From: Atractiella rhizophila
Lineage: Eukaryota
Reading direction: 5' to 3'
Length of the DNA: 60,723 nucleotides
NCBI GenBank assembly: GCA_021432655.1
Contig: MU271250.1
Span: 62,001-122,723, forward strand
Shown piece after piece: positions 40,394-53,715 of the stretch (the first letter of the stretch is position 1; every line of letters begins with the position of its first letter). The notes under the pieces were generated by a model. That model ran no database searches and was not told the origin of the DNA. It was given only the letters and a program-made list of their open reading frames with translations. A program made the translations under genes and the position numbers.

Positions 40394-43300
40394 ATGAAAA
40401 TGAACATCATTCTTCCGCGACTCTCCAATGAAACGCCTTTTCTAACTCCATCTACATCTGACCTTCCTTCCCCAGCTGCTGCTAACCCGTCTCCCTCCCT
40501 CTCTGCGCAACTCTCATCCCCTCTACCATCCAAGGAACATGTCCTCGCGCTTCTCCGTCCATCCCCTTATGCACGCGGTCACACCTTCCTGCGCCGTCAG
40601 TTGCCCTCCGTACAGAGAGTCATCATACAAAAGATCGTCATCGATTGGCATGGACAATTGGGCGATAGTTATCAAGATCTGTGGGAGTGGTTCATCCCTT
40701 CACATTCAGGAATGCACACTGTGGACGGCGATATTACTGTGAAGAGGGATAGCGACGCGGAGACGGATAGCAATGCCAGCGTGGAAGGCGCAGAAGTCGC
40801 AATGTCGACTTACAGGCTTTTCGCATCATTTCTCTCAAAAGAAGAACGCGCCAAGCTCCACCCCCCCTCGCTCGATTTCATCGATTGCCTGATCCCCTTT
40901 CTCCTGCGCGACCATTCTCTCTGTGACATTTATCGACATCTCTTCTTCAACACTGACTACGTGCACGGTGTGGGACTATCAAAAGGTCACAACGAGTGGG
41001 AGGAGCATACCAAGGTCCTCTTCGCCCTCCTCGCCCGTTCGAGGACGGACGAAGGACGAGCGGAGGTTTACCTCTCCACTCAGTATGCGCGGTGTCAATA
41101 CCTCTTCTTCTCTAGCCTCGCACCTCATAAAGACCAACAGCAACTCGATGGTCAGCCTCGAAAGGTAAGCAGGACGGACCTTCGGAGAACTGCGCTCCAA
41201 TCGCTCCTCAGCAAATTGCTGCGGACCCATAAGCCGTCCGTACACCTCTTTTCCCCAACCATTTCCCTCCCTGTACTCAAGGATGGGGACGGAAAGGGAA
41301 ATGAGGCACCGCCGGCGCAGGGTAGGATCTGGACTGACCTACCGTCAACTTCTTCCAGAGTTTACCTCAGGAGGTTCTTAGAGGAGATTGATGCCTTTCT
41401 GTCGGCTGGATTGGAGGAGGATGGGAAAGAGAATGAAACGAGGAAAAGAGAGCCGAGAGCCATCTTTTGGTTTTTTCGTGTGATAGGAGAACTTAACGTT
41501 CGGGGAGATGAGGAAGGAGACGGGGAGGAAGACTGGGAGCTATTGCAGAAGCTGCTAGTCGATGGATCGTTCTCCCTCTCCCTCGCGCGTGTCATTGTTT
41601 CCTGGATTTCTGGCTTGCCAACGCAGAAGAAAGAAGCAGGTCTGTCGCCTCGTACCTTTCCTAACAAATAGGCTGACATCGCATGAATGTGCGAAGCGGC
41701 GCGCTCTTTTCTCCTCAAAACTATCACCCGCTGGTCATCCCAAGAACATCTATCCCACACTTCATACCAACACCATCTATACCTCACCACTCTCCTTCTC
41801 CTCCTACACTCTTTACTCCCCCGTCCTTCCTCTCCCTCCAAAACGATATCTGCCTCCAGCCCATTCGCCCGAGGCATGGCAAACCACCTCTCCTCTACGC
41901 GACCCGACATCAGACAGTGCGGTTTACTGGTTGGCGAAATGATTACTGCTCGCGAATCCAGAGCATACGGTGAAGGCGAGGAGACGGACGGGAAGGGAGG
42001 GACACCAGTATTAAATTTCGGGCAAGACTTAGGAACATTGAGGGAGGTTAAGGAGGCGGTGGAGGGGGACCTGGCTGCCGCGGTGGAAGAAGAGGAAGGG
42101 AGGAAGTGGTGGACTTCTTTCTTGGAGGACAGGTTCAAGGGGGATCGAGAGAAGAAATTGGTTATCGTCCCTCCTCCTGGGAGGAAGATGGAAGGTTTCA
42201 AGCCTTCAGAATGCAGACAAGAACCGGTAAAGAAGCCGCTCATTGAAGTCCTCAACGACTCCCAAAAATTGGAACGGCTCGAATCCGAGGATGCAACACT
42301 GTTCCAGACGCTCCTCCCGAAACAGCGCAATAGAACTCTCCAGCCTCCCGTCTACATAGCAGACCTCTCCGCCTACCTCAGGAACACCATACGGTCTCAA
42401 GGGATGGAGGATGAGAGCTCGAACGAGATCGAGCGCGTAGAGCTTGCCCTCGAGTATGGTGAGGGATTGGTGAGACGTAAACGCGGCTGGGGAGAGCTTG
42501 GTATGCTGCCCTTCTTCCGTCTTCTCTCCTCTCTCTAGAAGTGTGATAGATGATTGACCTCGGCGGCATGGGTAGAGGAAAACGCCGTGGATCTGGCCAA
42601 TTCAGTGTTAGGCACTTTGAATAAATTTGAGCTTGAGGGCTTCGAGGAGAAGAAGAGGGACATACTAATTGCACTTGTAGCATCATGTCCAAAGCTTGTC
42701 GCTCCGTTGGTCACACTCTGCCTGATCGGATCTACCACCAGTTCTAACATTACTCTGGGTACAGAACATTGATAGAGCATTATTTCCTCCCCACCCACTC
42801 CACCGCGTCCCGCACAACCATCCTTGCTTCCCTGGCCCTGGGCACGCGAGAGCTCGCTGGTTTCTCGTCGGCCCCCAATCCTTCTAACTCTCACAATCAA
42901 GCGAAAGTCCTCCCTGAAAACCTTCATCGCGCGCTCGTTGACCATGCCGTATCCTCCGTCCGCACCGGGGCGGGGAAGGCGATCCCTGAGGCGAGACGAG
43001 ACGAACTGGTTTCTCTTTCCGCTTCGTCTCGATCTCCTACCAAGTCAGTCGCGCAAGGAAAGGTGAAAGCGCTAGAGAAGGAGGCAACATATCATCTCAT
43101 CGCAAAAGACTTCTTCCTTCAGCCTCTCCTCAACAGGTACTGGAAGTACATTCGAGACATGACGACCACGACCACGAATAGCTCACGTAACCCCCCACTC
43201 GTGAATCCTATTGACCTGAAACGCTTCATTCCCACACTCTCCATCCTCCTTTACGCAGCCCAAACGTCTTACGACTTCTCGATCAACCTCCTCCCTTCAA

Positions 43301-43581
43301 CCCTCGAATTAGTTCTATTCCTCGCCACGCTTCTGCCCGAAGAAATCGAGGAAGAAGCGCTGGAGTGCACTCTTGTGGGCTTGAAAGCCGCATATGAACT
43401 GGATCAAGGAAGGAAGCTTGTGAGAAGTGAAGGTGGCGCGAGGAGGCTGGACGACGTAAGAGTGTGGGCAGAGGAGGTTTTTGTGCGGGAGGAACAGACT
43501 GGGAGGAAAAGAGGCAGCCTGGCTGCAGCTGTCGTACTGCAGGTTGGAGCAGTATTTGATGCTTGGAGAGAAGCGTCGTGA
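40394..43581 (+). CDS. TEL2: Telomere length regulation protein Tel2 (TTT complex)
   Basis: GMANHLSSTRPDIRQCGLLVGEMIT; PVYIADLSAYL; ELALEYGEGLVRRKRGWGEL/EENAVDLA..NKFELEGFEEK..LIALVASCP; RTTILASLALGTRELAG; FFLQPLL. Confidence 0.9.
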
Positions 43582-44000
43582 ACGTTTATGTGGTCCCTTT
43601 ATCCCACGTAGGACATTCATCTTGTGTCCCATTTCACCACAATCCAAGACTACCAAGCAGTTCGCCGTGAAACACTCTTGATTAATGGTACGATAGTTAG
43701 TCCTTCTTACTTTTCATCTGGTGATCTATATTGTGCGTTTGGGTGAGCTTTTGACCTGTCGTTTAATTTGGAAGACAGCAAGGGTGACTATTGGAGACAA
43801 TATAGCAACGAGTCGCACTTTATTCCGGCCTATGAACGCCGTATGTTGACTCATACATATTTAGCGGTATGAGATTGAGCACCCAAGCTAGCTCCAATGC
43901 AACCTGGTACGCTGATTTCCCACACACACTCTCAACTCGAGAGTATAAGGATCCATTTCATTGATAATTCGATAAATGAACGAAATCTACGAAGGAAGCT

Positions 44001-44787
44001 TCACTTCCCATTCAAGGTTCTCCAATTCTTTTCTAGTAGACCTCTTTGAAAAATCAGTAACCAGGAATGAAGGGAAGATAGGAGGGATGCATACAGGCTG
44101 AGGTCATCAATCCAATGTCCCTCATGCCACCAGTGCTCCGGCCGCACGCCTTCAATTTGGAATCCCATGCTCTTATACAGAGCGATCGCGCCTTCGTTCC
44201 AAGAGAAAGCATTGCCGTCAATCTTATGACAGTTACACCGGATGAACGCCTGCTCCAGTATCCAGCTCAAAGCCTCTTTCCCATAACCTTTCCGCTTCAG
44301 AAATTATTAGTCTTGTCTCCAGGGATAGGAGAGGAAGGAAACATGCTTGAAAGCTACGTGTTGCAGTTAAGTAAACCATGTTTCAAGTAAGTTAAGGGCT
44401 CACGCGGTTCCGATCATCAACGCAAATCTTGCTCTACGATGGACTGGCGCGACTTTCGACAGAGTGACCCATCCGACTACAGTGCCTGGTTTCGTCTTAT
44501 TCTCCTCATGCGGCAAGCAAACGGCGAGATTGTACTGCGTTGCGCTTTCAGTCTGCTGCAACATCTTTTCCCATGTCTTCTCGGATGGTGGTCTTTAAGC
44601 CAGACACCCCACCATCATCAGAAGTGCACGGGGATCAGAGGGATGAGAGAAGAACGAACGCAGGATCTCCTAGTCCCGAAAAGGTTGAGGCATCATCGAA
44701 AAGCTCCAGAAAAGTTTTGGCGTCCTTTGAAGGATCAACAGGACGATAGACAAGACGTTCCGACTGATGCTTCACTTGAACAAACAT
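44001..44787 (-). CDS. GNAT acetyltransferase, RimJ/RimL type
   Basis: SERLVYRP at the N-terminus; GKGYGKEALSWILEQAF; NEGAIALYKSMGFQIEGVRPEHWW..WIDDL; introns present. Confidence 0.85.
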
Positions 44788-45272
44788 GATTATTGTGGCT
44801 TCTAAATCACGAACAGAGCCTTTTTTATCTCTCCAAGCAAGGCGGTTCGACGAACGGCTCCGCAAAGAGATCGAGTCAAACGAAAGTCCTGCAACGCAGC
44901 ATGGAGCACACTGACGTGCTCAACTCGTGGGGACGATAACATACTTCCCTTATTCCTCTGTGCCGGTTTATACTTCAGACTCCTTCCAGCACGTCTCAGG
45001 CATTGTGCAATAAGATGACTACAATTTAGCTTCCAGCGAACTTGATGATCATGCTCCTGTAGATCCTGAGGTGTTATCCTCTCGCTACAGCCTCTGAGAT
45101 GTCCCTCTCTCAGGTTGACTGTTTCGTTCATGACAGAAGGATAGAAGACACTGCAAAGGCGAAGAGCACGCTGCAGCTAATAGAGCGGTGAATGATTATA
45201 TCAAGTGTATAGAAACGTGATCTACCAGCAAGTTTGGGATACTTTTTTGTACGCCGTTATTGGGAAGCGCAC

Positions 45273-45611
45273 CTAAATGGTAAATCCTAGGCTTTCCATA
45301 CACTCTCTATGCTTCCTCACCAAATCTCGACAGTTGTCTCCCTCAGCATTTCCTAATTTTTTGATCGGGTCCAGCCTCAAAAAGAACTCGTCACGAGCGG
45401 ATTTCGTCTCCGGGTGGGCGCAACAGCTAACACAACCCGCGTTAATAAGTCTCGCGTGGATGAGAGAAAGGGAATACAAGCGGCTTGATGCCTTTTGGGT
45501 TCTTGGGGTTGAATGAGGGGTCAGACAGATTGCCTCGCTATGGCGCTTCGGGAACCGGCTCCACGGCTCCACGGGTGTATTTCCCCATCCAAATCATGAG
45601 CTGACGGTCAT
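45273..45611 (-). pseudogene. COX17: COX17 copper chaperone pseudogene
   Basis: NPKNPKGIKP/CCAHPETKSARDEFF..CRDLVRKHRECMESLGF; stops in exon 1 (TGA at codon 6, TAG later), an 8-bp CCGTGGAG duplication, and loss of the first CX9C cysteines. Confidence 0.85.
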
Positions 45612-46971
45612 TTCTGGTGGACTGAGGACGCTGGATGCCGAACAGAACAAAATGGAGAACACGTCGCTTTTGCAATGAGCAAATGAAGTGAGCTTCAGTA
45701 CAGCAACACAGTCAACATCCAAGGTCGACTGCTGACCTTAAGAAAAGCCCAAGCGGCAGAGGTCCTGACTGAGCCAAGCCAAGCCAAAGCCCTCTGCTGT
45801 CAGTGGCCCTCTACCAATTAACGCTTGCAGTACCAGAAAGATAGATTGTAAAGTTGTTGGTGTATGACGCCGCAGCAGCTGGGCGACACAACCTTGATAT
45901 TCCAGACTTTAACATATCCTGATATCTTTGGCTTGCGTTTTCGAGCCGACTATGTTGTCAGGAGCGGGAAATCGCCATCAAGATCTGACAGACCTTTCGT
46001 ATCCACATTTCAAGTAAGAATTGTAAGAAGGCAAGCTGCGGAGTCAGGGAACAAAGACAAAGTACCTCTTGTATGGGGGCTCGGCTGGGAGTGGTTGTTA
46101 ACCAAGCTCTATCGGAGTAGAGGACTGAATCAGATGCACCAATCCACGATCACCACGATTGAAAGGAGCCTAGAAAGGGTAACTAGCGTCACAAAGAAGT
46201 TAAAGTGATGGCCAAAGATAAACGCGAAGTTCCTGCGAGTAGTGTTCTCCCGTTTGCGACCCTAGTGCGGCTTTTTGTCACTAAAAAAGTGAGGTTTTTC
46301 ACTTAGAGGCAGTGGGTTCACGGCAGCCGTCGTCGCTTGCGGTCATATTATCGAACGCCGCTCCTCAACGCTGTTTCCGTTGAATGCCGTTCCGAACCTA
46401 CTACTCGCCACCCATTCATCTTCCGTAGTGTACGATGCCGAATCTTGGTTGCGTCAGTGGCTGCCAGCTCAAGGAGAAATGAGGACAACATCTTTCAAGT
46501 GCGTCCATCGGTTCACGGTCGACGCCTTTTTGTATTCTTTCTGGGCTCTAAGTGTGCCCATGGGTAAATCTAGCTACATCTCACACAATCTCACGCCCTG
46601 CCATATCCCGTTGAAAGGGGATTGGAGCGGGTGGAACCGATGCCCTGAAAGTGGGATCCAGGTGGGAGGTTGATTGCCTACTAACCTGCCGCTCTGTCGC
46701 ACTTTCTGCGGTGCTGCTGACCTACTCGGAAAGCTCCATCTTGTTGTGTGGCTCTTTGGCGGCGGATGAAGTGCTCCTTCCCAGCTACTTTCCCCGTCGG
46801 CCGTCTCCTCTGCCCCTCCAGAGATAGCCAATTCATTTATCGTGCTTCGCTCTTTGTTCCCTCTCAGGGGAAAGTGAATAAAAGCAGGCGGAGTCCCTGT
46901 GGGCTTCCTCAATCCACATAAAGCCCACCTCATTACATCCATAGTGAAACAAAGGCAGCAAATAAGTTGAA

Positions 46972-48168
46972 ATGTCAAGCAAGAAAATCTTCACCGTCAT
47001 TGGGGCAACCGGAACACAAGTGGGTTTTTCACTCTCATTTTCAAAGTTGCACAAGCAGCCAGTGACCCCAACTTTCAGGGAGGAGCCATAATATCCCACA
47101 TTTCCAAGAACAAATCGATCCATCTCCGTGCCGTCACCCGCGACACCTCCTCATCCTCCGCATCTTCGCTGAAAAAGTCATATCCCGAGGTTGAGCTCGT
47201 TCAGGGATCCCTCGACGACGTCGCCTCCCTTAAAGCAGCATTCAAAGACGCGAGCTACGTTTTCGTTGTTACCGACTTTTTTTCATGCGGCCTCGATTTG
47301 GCGAAGGAGATTCAGCAAGGCAAGAATGCAGTCGATGCCCTAGTTCAAGTCCCAACCCTCGAAAGACTCATTTGGTCTGGTCTCCCCGATGCGAGGACGC
47401 TCAAGGTTCCCTTTGTCAACGTATTGCATTTTAATGGGAAACCTGACATCAAGAACTATATCAAGGAGAAGGGTTTGTGGGAGAAGACCACTGAGGTTTG
47501 TAATGGTGCTTTTATGGAAAATTTTTTCAAGTTTACGGACGTCTTCACACCAAAAAAGGTTTGTCACCGCTTGTGTTATTATCGAAGGACCGGGAGGCTG
47601 ACGGTGTTGTTGCTTCATATGTAGCAAGCGGATGGAAGTTATATCCTTCGCCTCCCACTCCATCCTCACAGCACCATGCCTTACGCATCAGTATCCGATG
47701 ACTTTGGCCCTCTTGTGGAAGCAATTGTCACATCTGACAAGTACTACAGCCAAAACATCAACCACATCGTCGAGGAACTCAACCCCTTGGAATTGCTCGA
47801 TGTCTGGGCGTCAAGTATGTCGTTTCCCTCCAACTTCTGTTGCGACTGAAGGATGTTCCTCTGTAGATTTGAACCTGCAAGCGAAGTTTGTGGAGGAGAC
47901 AAACGATGAGACGGTTGCGAGGTTCGAGGGACTCGGGTTCCCCAAAGCCATGGCCGTCGACATGATGGAGAACTTTGCCTGTTTCAAGGAGAATCCCGAC
48001 TGGTATGAGCAGAATGTGCCAGGTGTTATTAGGACCACTGATGTAAGCGTCTCTTACCTATTTCTACAAGCGAGTCCATTGACAGGTTGTGGAAAGGTTC
48101 TTGGAAAGCAGAATTGCACCAGCTGGGAGGCGTTTGTCAAGAAGAACGATTGGTCCAAGGTCCTCTGA
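46972..48168 (+). CDS. NmrA-like NAD(P)-binding protein
   Basis: MSSKKIFTVIGATGTQ/GGAI, LRAVTRD, VELVQGSLDD, YVFVVTDF, EIQQGKNAVDA, IWSGLP, HFNGK, SWEAFVKKNDW. Confidence 0.92.
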
Positions 48169-48329
48169 GATTCACCCATTGGAATATTGTGGGCTGAGCA
48201 GAAATCGTGTTCCCTTTGTATTGCAATGTAATAGTCAATATAGTCGCGGCTATGAAGTTTGGAATGCTGTGGCTGAAATTGGAGATCATGGTTACAGTAA
48301 TATTTTCACACAGTATATCCAACATTGTT

Positions 48330-51090
48330 TTAAAGGAAGACTTCCAAGTCCCATTCAACGACCGATATCGGATATGGTTTCGGTGTGACGAGGTCGAAAT
48401 TCTGAAGGACTTCTGGATGAAGGATTCCAAGGTTTCCTATGTCAAGTGTCTGTCCCTCACTTGATCGATAGATTATCTTCGCCGCACGGCCAGGAAAGTA
48501 CATCGGCTCTACAGAAGCCAAGATCAACTCAGTCGTTTGATGCTGTATAAGTACGCACCGGAAATCTCTTCAATCCAGTATCCCGTAGTCGCTCCGTTCC
48601 TCTCTTCCAAAGCCAGACGTTTGATTCCAAGGACAAGCATGACACGCTCCATAAGTCCTTGAACGATCTCGAATCCGGCGCCTTTCAACCCCCTGAAAGC
48701 AGCAGCAGCGCGGCGTACATTCCGGCATCCTGTCCCCTTTCCGACCCAATCGACTTGCTTACGCTTCGACTCTTCGCCCATCAAAACAACATCTCCAACT
48801 TCGAAGACTCGGTTGGGAAGAGGCAGATCACGATTTTCCCGAAGCGTTTTGAGGAGACCCGGGATAAGGGAGGTCCGGACTGATTGGGTTTCGATAGACT
48901 TTGGATTGGCGATGGAGACAGCGGAAGCGACATCCGATTTCTTCAACCAGGCAAAATTTTCGTCCAGAGAGCACTGAAAGGTCTATGTCAGTATTGCGAG
49001 AGGACTATCGCTATGCCATACCAGAATCAGTGGTTTCCCTTCGATCCAGCTTGCGCTTGCACACTCTCTCCTGACAATATCTGAAAGCTTCTCTACCTCA
49101 TTCCGTATGCCGACAGTGCTTGTCTTTGGAAACGTTCGCGGTAGCTCGTTTACGCCGTAGGCGATGGCGACATCCTCTAAAATATCGCACTCGTGAAGAA
49201 TATCAGGTCGAGTCGGAGGAACTGCGACGGTCAGAGTCTCTTCTGAACCTATAGGGTTGTCGATCGGGGTATTGGTTTTGGAAACGGTGGAGGTAAAGCC
49301 CATTTTACGAAGTAGTGCATCGATTTGCGAAGCATTGAGGTGGAGACCCAAAGAAGCGTTCACGTATGAAGGGTGGAGCGTGAAGGTTTTTGGCGTGAGA
49401 TTAGGGGAATAGTAGGAAGAGCCTGTGCTCTCGTAGGTGATCTTCACTGGTTCCACACTGATCTCCATGAGCAAGATCTAATTAGAAGGGAGTGTCATAC
49501 GTGAAAGGCTTCTTGCAGTATTCGCTGAACATAGTGACTAAAATCTGCATCGCGGTTTCAAGCTTCGTTGGATCCGTGGCCGTCATGTCGACGAAGACAC
49601 TTTTCGTTTTGAGTGTGATCTTTGTCCGCTCTGAGTTGATGATGGGGGGCATGGAAAGCACTTGACGCGTAGAATCGTAAATGATGGGGTAGACGGGAGA
49701 GTCGCGAATAATTGGAAGATATGGCCGAAGGTGGTCCTCAGATTCGTAGAGCTTCATCAACTTGACAGCAGTGTACTCCTCCGTTTTGTTTAATGGCGCA
49801 AATTTGATTTGATCTGGTGGTAATGCTTCGTAGGTAATTTTACCTGATCTGGTCGCAGAGTCAGTCACTTTTGTTTATCGAATATCCTGGCGCTTCGTCA
49901 CTGGAAAGAGGGAGCATTCATCATCCATGCGATAGGCAGAGAGTTGAGCAGCAGAATTATCACTACAACTACTCCGTTACGAGGACTGCATAAAACTGAT
50001 ACGAAGAGCGTGCGTCCCTGTGGCGGGGGTAAATGAATACACCGAGAGAGAGGTCCGAGGAGCTTCTACCTCTGGTGGTATATTTTTTCATAAAAGAGTG
50101 GGGCGGGGGAGGTGGCAATTGCCATGCTAACGATAAATGTTTGGATACTCGTTGCACTTCCAAGATATCACAGAATGTGTCCCTACGAAGTGGATCGAAC
50201 AGAGGGAAGCGTAAGTATGATGCTTTCCGTTAATTTCTCACTTGGATAAGATGAAAAAAGAATTTCAGCAAACTAGAGCAGTTGAAAAAAAATGCCTGCC
50301 TCGAGCAGTATAAAGTGTCTTTTGATCGCGATGTCAGATAGAAGGGAAATCTTCTCGGATGATCTCCACCTACGTCTAGGATTCAAGGATCCAGCAAGGA
50401 GATAGTGGTTTAACAAGAAAGAACAAAGCCAATAAAACGCAGGTAGCTTTTATGGAAGGAAAACATTCGGTCCAACTTATCAGACAGGATAAGTAATTGA
50501 CCTGTGCAGTAGCTACCACTAGTGGCATCATCAGAGCTAGAGCGCACGTTGATGAGATTTTTCAAAAGTACACGCTGCACCTTGATCTCCATCGCACGGC
50601 AAAGATCAGACACTTACGGAAAGCTATCTAAGTCATGTGTACCAATTGCTACCAATTTCCTTCCTCTCGCCATATTTCCATGCAATTTGTCCTGCAAATC
50701 GATGAAGCTCTTGTACCTCGCCTCATCAAACTCTAGGTCTCGCAATATGGCAGCTGCAAAGTAGGGCCGGATACGTTCGCATTCCTTGCTGACCTCTACT
50801 TCATACCCTGAACCGTTGGAAGGGAAGGGGAGAAGAGTGTACGAAACTGGGGCGAGTCGTCCATTGTACATGTTCAGGCAGCGCGCGATCCCCTCGAGAC
50901 AGAGCAGATCGTACCGGTTTGCAGTGACCTCTATCTTGAGAGAATGGGGAGGCGGATAAGAGGGATCTAAAGAGGTATCTTCGTCTAGCTCGATCCCATA
51001 CTGGAAACACAGCTCGTCGAACTCTTCATGGGTGTACTCCTTGCCGAGAGTCTTGTAGAAAAGGTCCTTTGGGACAGTGATTGTGGGCAT
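48330..51090 (-). CDS. FRS1: Cytosolic phenylalanyl-tRNA synthetase beta subunit
   Basis: MPTITV, EFDELCFQYGIELDEDT, ANRYDLLCLEG, FIDLQDKLH..RKLVAIGTHDLD, SMPPIINS, PPTRPDILHECDILEDVAIAYG, NPKS.E..VRTSLIPGLLKT, GILHPEVL. Confidence 0.97.
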
Positions 51091-51251
51091 GATTGGACTG
51101 ACACGCAAGGTAGAGATTGATTGAGACGGTCGATCAAAGCCCAAGCTGCTGGAGTCACGAACAGGTCATCTTTTCTGGCTCTCGAAGCTAAGCTTCAAGA
51201 TCACTTCATCTTGGTCCGCCAACATCCCTACCATTTCATTGCATTTGCGCC

Positions 51252-53179
51252 ATGGAAGAAGCGGCGAATGCACTGGACGCACAGCTTGAAGCCTCCCTCG
51301 AAAAGAAAAACGAAAAGCCGACAAACGGCACCTCCACTGGCCCAATCTCTCCTTCAGACGAAGATCTCAAAAACTCCATCATAGAATTACGTGCCTCTCC
51401 TCTTACTTCCACCCTCGGCATCCCAAAACTCCTCCCCAAAATCTTGGAAAAGCACCCCAACTGGACGGTGTCCGAGAAACGGCTCAGAAAACTCATCGGT
51501 GGCGACAAAGAGCATCTTGGGCCCGTACCAGAGACTTGGGACTATTGGGATACTGTGGGGGAACAGCGGAGGACTCTTTACTGGAAGGAAGGGAAGGGCG
51601 AGCTAGAGAGAGAGGACAGGCTTGAGCCGCCGGAGGAGAGGGGAAATATTGTCGCCCACGGCCTCGTCAATGAGGAGTTGGAGAATTTCACAAAAGAGCT
51701 AACGAAGGGGAAGGTGGTCAATGTTTTCGAAGAAGGGAAGGGTCGCGGTCTAAGAGTCGCAGATGGTGTTGAGGTGGATGAGGAGGAAGTACTCTTCACT
51801 GAAGATGCTAAGGTGTGGGTGCCAATGAGTCGGAATCTAAGCAAAGGTATCATGTTAGGCGAAGTCTGTGCTTCTTGCGGGTTCGTCTTCCCCTTCTCTC
51901 GTCGTGGGGCTAGTTCTTGAAACAAAGGAGCAGAAAGATATTCGGAAACCCTCGCTCCAAAATCCTTGTTTCCTGTCAATACCACTCCCGCTCTCCCAGC
52001 TCTACCACAGGTCCGGCACCGTGCCACACACGCTTCTGCAACCGTGTATGTCAAGCTAAGAGCGCGAAGGAGCACGGACCTTTTATCTGTCCTACCCGAA
52101 ACCCAGAGTACGCGTTCTTGTGTCGTTGGGCGGAGGATCAAGATTGGAGAGCGCCAATTGTGGTCTTTAAGATTTGGGCGAGCATCATCATGCGTTGGAA
52201 GGAAGGGGGCATTGTGGAAAGGGGCGATTGGGACGCGTTTACTATGGTTAGCGAGCGAGTGAGGCGGTATGTTTTCTTGCGTCGTAGGCAGCAATCGCAA
52301 GCTGACTTACCCGACGAAGAATGCGAGAGATGGGCATATTTGCAGAATATCAATTAGGCAACCTCTGGAAATCCTGCTTTCTCTTCCTCCTCAACGCCCT
52401 CCATCTCCCTTCCGCCGTCCCAACCTCCGACGCAAAAAACACTCCAGCAGCACAATACTTCCAAGCGTTCTTTGGACAAACTTCTTTTCCTTTCAGCAGT
52501 TTTCGCAGTATCTTTACCTATTACACCTTTCAACGCGATCTTGGTCTAGTAACGCTGAACCAAGAAGATGACGGTGGTCTATACGCATTGCACTCCTCCC
52601 TTAATCACTCCTGCGACCCTACTGCTGCCGTTCGGCGCACATCACCCAAGCTCTCCTCCTTAGGCCAAGAAGCACGTCCGTCTCGCGTACACATAGTATC
52701 CCGGAAAAATCTAGGTCCTGGCACTCCTCTCACCGTGTCTTACGTAGATCCCAAGGCATCCCTGCTTGAGCGTCGCAATCTCTTAAGGCGGCATTACATC
52801 TTTGAATGTGACTGTAGGGCTCACGTATTCATTCCATCGACGATGCTGATAGGTGTCAATGGATGCGATAGGTGAGCGCTGCGAGCGCGAAATATCGGAG
52901 CTGGAGGTAGACGACGAAGAGCGCGAGAAGTTGCGGAGGGGTGAGAACCGGTTATGGAAAAACGACGCGCTACAGAACCTCAACCTTGCGATGGCGAATG
53001 GTAACGGCACCGATGGCGTAAGATTCATCAAGCTTGGAGAGGAGGGGAGCGAGGAAATCACCCAGCAACAGTTGAAAGAGTTGGGCTTGGGCGATGGTGA
53101 TTTCAAAGCTGTCCAGACAGACGGGGTTAAGCAGACTAAGGCTGACACAACTCCTAATGAGGAAGGGCCAAAAGGTTAA
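51252..53179 (+). CDS. SET/MYND (SMYD/Set5-like) lysine methyltransferase
   Basis: KGRGLRV..EEVLFTED; MYND-like CASCG..C..C..FCNRVC..H..C; GLYALHSSLNHSCDP; LTVSYVD; post-SET YIFECDC/ERC. Confidence 0.88.
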
Positions 53180-53715
53180 CCAACCCAACTACGTACTGAA
53201 CTGTAAGCTGTTTGGACTGAAATCTATTTGAGGCCAGACTGTCATGGGAGAGGGGTGTCTATTCTGGCTTAAATGGCGAGATTACAAGCGTTTATTGTAA
53301 AGAAGAGTGGATATGTCAATTTAGCTGAGGCAGAATGCGTTCCTCACTCATTGTAATTTCGATTTCGCGAAGTCGTAACCCTCTCGCTAGCCTCTGCCCA
53401 GATTATTCACAAGAACCTGGTAGCACACATTATGGCATTGTTTGCCCTTGCGACGTTTCGACGTTGGCTGGTTTAAAGGTGATCATTGCTGTAGTCTGGT
53501 GGTGTGGCTTGTGTAACTTCAAGTTTAAAGTTCCTTTGGTTTGCACTAGTTGTAAACGCAACCGCGTCTCTGGCGTCTGGCGTCGGCGAAGGAACCCTCA
53601 GGCTCTTACTCCGAGCAGCGGTTACTTTCACTTCTCGTCGTACCATTAGTGGCTTCACATGGGAGGGTATGTCAGTTAGTGGGACTGACTCAGAACTAAC
53701 TTGCCACATTTTAGG

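Noticed and set aside
41362..42330. 322-aa minus-strand ORF
   Set aside because: Antisense shadow of TEL2 with no motifs of its own.
51900..51935. Apparent frameshift in the SET/MYND gene
   Set aside because: Resolved by a ~53-nt GTTCGT..GCAG intron that gives CASCG/KIFGNP.
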